DNA of 64,000 nt, taken from a bacterium. Lineage in GTDB: Bacteria > UBA8248. The position numbers were made by a program, and so were the translations under genes. Under the pieces are notes generated by a model. That model did not search any database. It had not been told where the DNA came from and saw nothing but the letters and a program-made list of their open reading frames with translations. The DNA is taken from NCBI GenBank assembly GCA_963692865.2, contig OY843592.1, positions 2,240,001-2,304,000 on the forward strand, in the 5' to 3' direction. Below, piece after piece: positions 57,794-64,000 of the stretch (within the stretch, counting starts at the first letter, position 1; each line of letters opens with the position of its first letter).

Positions 57794-58932
57794 GGGGTGA
57801 AGAGAAGGCGTCGAGGTTCCCCGCCGCCGGTTCAAGCGAGGGATGGCTTTTTTCAAAGAGATAGCATTAGAAAATTGTCAGGTCGTAAGCGTCAGACAAG
57901 GCGTTTATTTCAGAGGCTTTTTGTTCCATAATGGTTTCGATTTGATTGTGAACTTCATTATACTCCTTGCAGTTTGGCAAGTCCCTTCGGCAGGATTCGG
58001 TGGCCAGCAGAACCAGCCTCTTCTCCTCTAAAGGCTGAATAGCTAAAGCCCGCTCTTTTTCAATCTGACAGGATTTTTTGTAAAATTCATAATAGTTGGT
58101 TTTAAAATGCCTCTTTTTAGGAAGGTTGATACAGCGGTTGGCTGACTCAATAGCTTGGATTAAGCTGTCCTGGGTGTAAGGGTTGTATTTGGAAAATTCA
58201 TCTAAATTCCGGTTTCCCTTGTAGCTGACAGACGTCATCAGATGCTTATTATAAAGGCCGTAAAAGCCAAGAATGTATTTCACATTGTAAAGCTGTGGAA
58301 TGCGGTGATAAGCCCTCAACTCCATTTGATTTTTATTTTCATAGATTTTGTAATCAATTGGCTCACTTAGAGGATAACGGGGATCAAAATTAACAAAAGC
58401 CAAAACCCGGCCGTAAGCATGGATGCCCTCGCTGATTTTATCCACATCTACCGGAAGCTCAAAGTCTCCGCCTGACTCTATGTATTCCGCAATAAAAAGA
58501 GCGGCAAAGACATGATTGTATCTGTCTGCAAGATTGTGCATAAGAAACATCCCCTCATGGGGCTTGCCATTGAGAACCAAACAACCGGCATAGTATATTT
58601 GATTATTAACATTTTTTGAGTCACTTCTATAAAGCCTTTCCGCTTCCTCAAAATCCTCACAGGTATATCTCCCCTTAGTGTAGCTTGTCCCCCAGCCGGA
58701 AGAAGCGAAGCACAGGACGAAAGAAGAGACGAGGGCCGTGAGGAGCAAGGAGAATTTCACCGTTTTCATGGTTGCCTCCCGGTGTGCGGCGTTTCGGAGG
58801 GGGCGCGCCGCGCGTGCTTTTGCGTGACGGAATCATTATAGGGCGCGCGGCCCGCGCGGGCAAGACGGGCGCGCTCCGGCTCCCCTCCGGGGAGCGGGAG
58901 GCGGTCTACAGGATCACGCCTTCGAGGTAGGG
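57728..58932. repeat. Imperfect direct repeat of about 68 bp (32 bp exact core) flanking a 1.07-kb insert
   Basis: GGAGCGGGAGGCGGTCTACAGGATCACGCCTT occurs at 57754-57785 and 58891-58922. Confidence 0.9.
57867..58769 (-). CDS. Hypothetical secreted protein with an AT-rich body and possible Sel1/TPR-like helices
   Basis: 300-aa ORF with a GGAGG RBS and signal peptide. Sampled body lines are 32-45% GC against 60% in the signal-peptide line. Confidence 0.8.
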   Translation of the reverse strand: MKTVKFSLLLTALVSSFVLCFASSGWGTSYTKGRYTCEDFEEAERLYRSDSKNVNNQIYYAGCLVLNGKPHEGMFLMHNLADRYNHVFAALFIAEYIESGGDFELPVDVDKISEGIHAYGRVLAFVNFDPRYPLSEPIDYKIYENKNQMELRAYHRIPQLYNVKYILGFYGLYNKHLMTSVSYKGNRNLDEFSKYNPYTQDSLIQAIESANRCINLPKKRHFKTNYYEFYKKSCQIEKERALAIQPLEEKRLVLLATESCRRDLPNCKEYNEVHNQIETIMEQKASEINALSDAYDLTIF

Positions 58933-58980
58933 AGCGCAATACCAAGGCGGGCGGACATTCAGGTCCGCCCCTACAAGACC

Positions 58981-59047
58981 CTCGTTGACTTGAGATCACA
59001 AATTGTGATCTCAAATCGGGGAGGCGGGCGGTATCCGCGTCTTCCGC
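58981..59047 (+). pseudogene. ORF6N-domain gene remnant
   Basis: Translates as LVDLRSQIVISNRGGGRYPRLP, matching the ORF6N motif LRSQ(I/F)V.S..GGRRY.P. No start codon or full ORF. Confidence 0.5.
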
Positions 59048-59111
59048 TCTGGGTTCCGCAAATCGCTTCCTCCTCGGTTGCGATTGACAAGATCGGTTGC
59101 AAGAATGCCTA

Positions 59112-59140
59112 TTTACGCATCGCGTAAAACCCGGTATAGT
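59112..59140 (+). promoter_or_regulatory. higBA promoter with overlapping palindromic operator
   Basis: TTTACGC-ATC-GCGTAAA palindrome at 59112-59128 begins at a TTTACG -35 box, 17 bp upstream of a TATAGT -10 box. The ATG follows 8 bp later, suggesting a leaderless transcript. Confidence 0.6.
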
Positions 59141-59148
59141 TTCATCGT

Positions 59149-59427
59149 ATGATCCGAAGTTTCAGGAACCGGAACACAAGACGATTCTTCGAGGGGCATC
59201 GCGTTGCGGCGTTTCAAGGGTTCGCTGATCAGGCGGTGCGTCGTCTGACTCTGCTGGACAACGCAGAGACGCTCCAGGACTTGGCGGCACTGCGAAGCAA
59301 CCGACTCGAAGCGTTGCGGGGCGATCGTACCGGTCAATACAGCATTCGGATCAATGCGCAGTGGCGCATTTGCTTCCGTTGGGAAGACGACGGACCTTAT
59401 GACGTGGAGATTGTGGACTACCATTGA
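59149..59427 (+). CDS. higB: Type II TA toxin HigB (RelE-like plasmid maintenance killer family)
   Basis: MIRSFR, NRLEALRGDR.GQYSIRINAQWRICF.W and VEIVDYH. Confidence 0.96.
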   Translation: MIRSFRNRNTRRFFEGHRVAAFQGFADQAVRRLTLLDNAETLQDLAALRSNRLEALRGDRTGQYSIRINAQWRICFRWEDDGPYDVEIVDYH

Positions 59428-59439
59428 AGGAACAGGCGG

Positions 59440-59745
59440 ATGAACGCGAAAAACGCCATGAGGCCGGTGCATCCGGGCGAGATACTGCGCGAGGAACTCG
59501 ATGCGCTCGGACTCTCGGCCAATGCGCTCTCGAAGGCGCTGGGCGTGCCGGTGAACCGGATAACGACGATACTGAACGGCCGGCGGGGCGTGAGCGCGGA
59601 TACGGCGCTGCGCCTGGCGCGGTATTTCGGAACCACGCCCGAGCTCTGGATGAACCTGCAGAAGACCTGGGAGCTTCGCCGGGCCGAGATTGCGCAGGGC
59701 CGCCGGATCGCCGAGCGGGTGAAGCCCCGGCGAACGGCGGCTTAG
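59440..59745 (+). CDS. higA: Type II TA antitoxin HigA (XRE-type HTH)
   Basis: HPGEILREEL, LS..LGVP.NRI..I.NG.R.VSADTALRL.RYFGTT...WMNLQ. Confidence 0.96.
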   Translation: MNAKNAMRPVHPGEILREELDALGLSANALSKALGVPVNRITTILNGRRGVSADTALRLARYFGTTPELWMNLQKTWELRRAEIAQGRRIAERVKPRRTAA

Positions 59746-59809
59746 GGAAGCGGCTGCGCGCCGGGGCGTTCACGCGCGGCGGGCGGGCGCGCTTGAACTC
59801 TTCCTCATC

Positions 59810-60493
59810 GGGGTTGTTGAAAGACCTATTCCTCTCGCATCAACCATGTTTTACCCGTAGGTCGGACATATATGTCCGACATATCATGCGACCCGGCCTT
59901 TTCGCCCTTCCGGTGGCGGGCCGCATGATATGCGGCCCCTACGATGAGCTCCCGACCGGCCCGCAAGGGTTTTTTCAACGGCCCCTCAAGGGGGGGAGTG
60001 AAGTTTCCTCACTCACTAGTTGGCTAGATAAACCGAATCACGCGATTAAGACTTTTTCGACAACCCCTATCAGGGGGGCTTTTTCAACAACCCCGTATAC
60101 GATCCCCGCCGCATCCCTCTGGATGACGATTGCAGGGGCGGGCTGCGTATCCCGCCCGATTTTGGTTGCCCCGTTTCTTCAATCCGGCGAAAGCAATCGG
60201 GCGGGAAGCGCGCATTTCCCCGCATCTTCCCGCAATTCCCGTTATCACACTCTCCTCTGGATGCGCCAGAATCCCTCCCGAGGAGGTTTTCCCGGGGGCA
60301 GGCCCGGAGGGCTATCGAGTCTTTGCAGCCTTTTCATGGGGGGTGGAAAAGACCCTTTTTCAGGGGGCAGCGGGGACACCCTTTCCGACTGGAAAAGCAA
60401 CCCCCCTGTCCCCCCTTGTCAAGAGGGTAAAGGCGATGCTCCCCGACGAGGAGGGAGCGTTCGCTCCCTTGCCAAAGGCTTTTTCAGCAGTTC
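59810..60493. repeat. Nested MITE/REP mosaic
   Basis: Left TIR at 59810; right-end variants finish at 59985, 60067, 60094 and about 60493. GTAG REP pair at 59857-59942. Largely an inverted counterpart of modules in 15415-15710. Confidence 0.78.
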
Positions 60494-60751
60494 GATGGGG
60501 TCGGACTCGGTGAAGCATCACATTTTCCGCTGCCGTTTGACAGGAGCAACCAGGTGAAAGGTTTCATCTATCGCATCCGCGGGATGCGCCGGAGGCGGAT
60601 GGGCGCACTCGCGAGGGCGTTTCAGGAATTGTGGATTGGACGCGCGGGCTCCCTCATAGCGCGTGATATGGACGGAGACGCCGGGGCGCGGAAATCCGCC
60701 GGGAGCGCGGTTGGAATCCCGGATTCGGAATTTCTGAAAAATAAGATAAAT

Positions 60752-60877
60752 TTGGATAAATTTCGACAAATTGATGAAAAGTTTCATGTATGCGATAAAT
60801 CGATATTGCTTTATATTACATATATTTACCGGAATATCCTGAAGTACCGCATTGGCGTTTTGTCGAAATTTATCCAA
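60752..60877. repeat. Perfect 19-bp inverted repeat enclosing an 88-bp AT-rich core
   Basis: TTGGATAAATTTCGACAAA at 60752-60770 and TTTGTCGAAATTTATCCAA at 60859-60877. Confidence 0.85.
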
Positions 60878-60916
60878 TTAAAAATTTTTTCGGGACCACG
60901 CATTTCCCCGCATTTG

Positions 60917-62020
60917 CTACGCGAAGCGCATCGGGTCGTACGGCGCCGGGTCGAGCGGCGGGGCGTCGCCCAGATAGAGCGCCGTCGCCAGTTTCACGCT
61001 CGCGGGCGCGGGCCCGACCCCCGAGGGACCGTGCCCTGTGCAGAAGTAGAGGCCCCCGATAGCGCCCCGGCCGATCAGGGGCAGGTAGTCCGACGAGGTG
61101 GGCCGGAAGCCGCTCCAGGTCTCCTCGACGGCGCACGAGGCGATTCCGGGCGCGATACGGATTCCCTCGCTCAGCAGCCAGCAGAGGCCGCCCACGGTGA
61201 GCCTCGGGTCCTCGCCGGCGAACTCCCGCGTCGCGCCCAGCAGAACGCGGCCGTCGGCGCGGGGCACGAGGTAGGGATCGTTCACGGTCAGCACCACGCG
61301 CCTGAGGCCCAGCGCGCGGGCGTCCATGGCGAGCATCTGCCCGCGCTGGGGGGTGATGGGCGCTCTCGGGGCGGCGCCGGGGAGGCTTCGGCTGCCGATA
61401 CCCGCGCAGACGAATACGGCGGACGCCTCGTGGACGCCCGCGTCGGTGCGGACGCCGGCGACCCTCCCGCCCTCGCTCAGGATTTCCTCGGCCGCGCAGC
61501 CGGTGAGCATCTCCACCCCCAGCCGCCGGCAGGCGACCTCGAGCGCGGGCCCCAGCTTTCTGACCTCCAGGTTCCCCCCCGCCACGAGCAGCGCTCCACT
61601 CAATTCATCGGAAAGACAGGGCTCCTCCTCCCTTAAGACGCCGGGCGGCATCCACTCGGCCTCGCCCCATTCGCGGGTTCGGGCCTTTTCCCGGATCGCC
61701 GCCGCCTCTTCCTCGTCCAGGGCGACGAGCAGGACGCCGGTGAGGCGGTATTCCAGGTCCGTACCGCTCTCCTCCCGAAGGGCTTCGGCGAGAAGGGGCC
61801 ATTCCTCGTAGGAGGCGGCCCGCAGCCTGAGGCCCGGAAGGCCGGCGATGTCGGCGGAGCCGCTCGTCCCGTGGGCGGAGACGATGCCCGCCGAAGCCCA
61901 GGTGGCGCCCGCGCCGGGCCGGCCTTTTTCGATGACGGCGACGCTCCTGCCCGTCCTGCGGAGTTCCCGCGCCGTCAGGAGGCCCATGATGCCGCCGCCG
62001 ATGATGATCACGTCGCGCAT
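60917..62020 (-). CDS. thiO: Glycine oxidase ThiO / DAO-family FAD oxidoreductase
   Basis: GGGIMG, AT.ASAG, P.RGQ, YLVPR.DG..LLGAT, WSGFRP...D.LP.IG and TGHG..G...AP. Exact specificity is uncertain. Confidence 0.78.
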   Translation of the reverse strand: MRDVIIIGGGIMGLLTARELRRTGRSVAVIEKGRPGAGATWASAGIVSAHGTSGSADIAGLPGLRLRAASYEEWPLLAEALREESGTDLEYRLTGVLLVALDEEEAAAIREKARTREWGEAEWMPPGVLREEEPCLSDELSGALLVAGGNLEVRKLGPALEVACRRLGVEMLTGCAAEEILSEGGRVAGVRTDAGVHEASAVFVCAGIGSRSLPGAAPRAPITPQRGQMLAMDARALGLRRVVLTVNDPYLVPRADGRVLLGATREFAGEDPRLTVGGLCWLLSEGIRIAPGIASCAVEETWSGFRPTSSDYLPLIGRGAIGGLYFCTGHGPSGVGPAPASVKLATALYLGDAPPLDPAPYDPMRFA

Positions 62021-62121
62021 GAGACGCCTTTCCGTATCGTTGATTCACTGGAGGCCCTGCCGATGGGGTTATAACACGGAGGCTCGGCTCTCCCGCAAGC
62101 GGGGGTGAGATATCGGCAGAC

Positions 62122-62155
62122 GAAAAAACGACGGCCCGGGTGAGCCGTCGTTTTC
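62122..62155 (-). terminator. Rho-independent terminator downstream of the cold-shock gene
   Basis: The minus strand reads AAAACGACGGC-TCACCCGG-GCCGTCGTTTTTT. Confidence 0.78.
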
Positions 62156-62175
62156 GGGTTTTCTCTTGATGGGGG

Positions 62176-62391
62176 TTATTCTTCGGAGCCACCCCCTTTT
62201 GTGACGTTGGCCGCCTGAAGCCCTTTCGGGCCTTGGACAATTTCGAAGTTCACGTTTTGCCCTTCCTCCAGGGTCTTGAAGCCCTCTCCCTGGATGGCGG
62301 AGAAGTGAACGAAAACGTCGTCACCATCCGTCTGTGAAATGAAACCATAGCCCTTCGCGTCATTGAACCACTTCACTGTTCCTTCTGGCAC
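62176..62391 (-). CDS. cspA: Cold-shock protein
   Basis: [24 protein letters not shown] and [10 protein letters not shown]; AGGAG RBS with GTG start. Confidence 0.97.
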   Translation of the reverse strand: MPEGTVKWFNDAKGYGFISQTDGDDVFVHFSAIQGEGFKTLEEGQNVNFEIVQGPKGLQAANVTKGGGSEE

Positions 62392-62608
62392 TTGCTGATC
62401 TCCTGCATGTGTTGGAAATGGGTAGAGATGAATCGGGTGGGGCCTTTCACTCCAAGTACATTTCCAGAAAACTCAAGTTGGCCGCGCCGGCCGCAGCCTT
62501 AGTAATTGCTTATCAAACTAAGCATCGCCTTGCAACCTGCGAAATTCTTATGTAGCAGGTAATTTCACCGTTCCCGATCACGTTGGACGAATAGGAGAAT
62601 CGACGCCG

Positions 62609-63157
62609 ATGACTCGCCTGGTCGAAACGCCGTTCGAGCAGATGACGGACGCGCAGAGAAAACTGCATGATAAAATCGCCTCCGGCCCCAGGGGAGGCGT
62701 GAGAGGTCCGTTTCTGGCGTGGCTCAAAAGCCCGGCCTACCTCGAAAAGCTGGAGGAGACGGGACGTTACCTGCGCTATGACACCCTCTTTGAACCCAGG
62801 CTGAGCGAGTTCGCGATTTTGATCACCGCCCGGTTCTGGGGTTCTCAGTACGAATGGTACGCGCATGAGCCTCTGGCCAGGAAGGGGGGATTGTCGCCCG
62901 AGATCATCGAGGCGGTGCGGGAGAACAGGCGACCGGCTGAAATGGCCGCCGACGAGGAGGCGGTCTATGATTTCTGCGCCGCGCTGCACGAAAACCATTT
63001 CGTGCGCGATGAAGTTTATCGAAACGCGTTCGAGCACTTCGGGGAGCGCGGGCTGGTGGAGTTGATAGGCCTCATCGGGCATTACACGACCGTCTCGATG
63101 ACGCTCAACGCATTTGAGCTCCAGGTTCCGGAGGGCGTAGAGCCTCCGTTAAGGTAG
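62609..63157 (+). CDS. Carboxymuconolactone decarboxylase / AhpD-like family protein
   Basis: RGPF.AWL.SP, E.AIL.TAR....YEW..H..LA and ELIGL.GHY. Confidence 0.87.
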   Translation: MTRLVETPFEQMTDAQRKLHDKIASGPRGGVRGPFLAWLKSPAYLEKLEETGRYLRYDTLFEPRLSEFAILITARFWGSQYEWYAHEPLARKGGLSPEIIEAVRENRRPAEMAADEEAVYDFCAALHENHFVRDEVYRNAFEHFGERGLVELIGLIGHYTTVSMTLNAFELQVPEGVEPPLR

Positions 63158-63171
63158 AGGGGTCATTCGGC

Positions 63172-63927
63172 ATGCGACTCAAGGGAAAGACGGCGTTTAT
63201 CACGGGAGCTTCCGTGGGAATCGGCTCCGCCATTGCGAGGCGTTTCGCCGAGGAGGGTTGTGCGCTGTATCTTGCGGGCGGCCGGAACGCGGACGCCCTG
63301 GAGGCGACGCTCGATTATTGCAAGGCTCAAGGAATATCGGCGGCCGGCGAAGGGATTGACTTATCGAACCTGGCGAATGCCGCTCCGTTGATGAGTCGCG
63401 CGCTGAGGCATCTGGGACATCTCGATATTCTGGTGAACGGCGCCGGAATCCGCTGCAACAAGCCGGTGGAGGAGGTCACGCATGAAGAGGTGGCCGCGCT
63501 GTTTCAGGTCAATGCGATGGCCTCGTTCGTTCTGAGCGGGTTGGCCGCCCGGCGCATGATTCCCGGCTCGGGCGGCCAGATTATCAACATCGGTTCGACA
63601 TCCGGAGAGGCGGGAGTGCCCAACAATTCCCTCTATTGCGCGACGAAAGGCGCCATGCACCTGATGACGAAGGCGCATGCCGCCGAACTCGGGCCGAAGG
63701 GGATTCGCGTCAACGCCATCGCTCCGGGAACGACTTTGAGCGAGGGGACGAAGCATCGCGTGGAAACCGAGGCGGGTAGACGCGAGAGGCTGTTGAGTAA
63801 TATACCGTTGGGACGATTTGCGACTCCGGAAGAAATCGCCGATTGCGCCGTTTTCATGGCTTCGGACGAAGCGTCATACATGAACGGGGCGGTGATTCTG
63901 ATCGATGGGGGCCGATTGTGCCAATAA
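63172..63927 (+). CDS. Short-chain dehydrogenase/reductase
   Basis: TGASVGIG, VNGAG, YCATK, VNAIAPG and DGG. Confidence 0.92.
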   Translation: MRLKGKTAFITGASVGIGSAIARRFAEEGCALYLAGGRNADALEATLDYCKAQGISAAGEGIDLSNLANAAPLMSRALRHLGHLDILVNGAGIRCNKPVEEVTHEEVAALFQVNAMASFVLSGLAARRMIPGSGGQIINIGSTSGEAGVPNNSLYCATKGAMHLMTKAHAAELGPKGIRVNAIAPGTTLSEGTKHRVETEAGRRERLLSNIPLGRFATPEEIADCAVFMASDEASYMNGAVILIDGGRLCQ

Positions 63928-64000
63928 TCGTGATGGAGAGTCCGGTTTTCTGGAAGGGGTTGATATGACGGGTCGCCTCGGGTTTTGGCTTCTCACGTTT

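Noticed and set aside
58990-59014. Palindrome as a CRP/FNR site
   Set aside because: The half-sites are arranged TCACA-N3-TGTGA, the wrong order and spacing for CRP (TGTGA-N6-TCACA). It is better explained as an ORF6N remnant.
59424-60557. 377-aa ORF downstream of higB as a possible transposase
   Set aside because: It is an alternative frame of higA running into repeat DNA, with no DDE or HUH motif.
60554-61636. 360-aa plus-strand ORF spanning the AT-rich element
   Set aside because: It is mostly antisense to the glycine oxidase gene, crosses an inverted-repeat element, and shows no recognisable domain.
63965-64000. ATG after an RBS-like sequence at the window end
   Set aside because: Only 12 codons are visible, too few to annotate.

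Overview
High-GC bacterial chromosomal window dominated by catabolic and transport genes. It contains three TRAP systems (two TAXI, one DctPQM), a BMP-type ABC transporter, a citrate-synthase/aconitase/PrpF cluster, a CoA-transferase/thioesterase/hydrolase cluster, a cyclase-FdrA-DUF1116 operon linked through the ABC transporter to an AtzD-family ring-opening amidohydrolase, a divergent SucC/SucD-like ligase, PhoX, and several oxidoreductases. Many long intergenic spaces hold nested mosaics of at least four REP-like palindrome families plus a MITE-like family with GGGGTTGTTGAAAAA...TTTTTCAACAACCCC ends; no transposase is present in the window. A small accessory region at about 54.5-60.9 kb carries a stand-alone AAA-ATPase plus partner pair resembling MAD3/MAD4, an AT-rich gene flanked by a duplication of the neighbouring gene's 3' end, an ORF6N-like remnant, HigBA and a 19-bp inverted-repeat element. 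A DNA methyltransferase has an apparent in-frame internal deletion. I found no rRNA, tRNA or CRISPR array. Best candidates for undescribed biology: (1) the AtzD plus FdrA/DUF1116 cyclic-ureide pathway, (2) the direct-repeat-flanked foreign gene with a host-like signal peptide, (3) the orphan MAD3/4-like pair, and (4) the TIR/REP mosaic repeat system. All family assignments come from motif recognition by eye, not from database searches.
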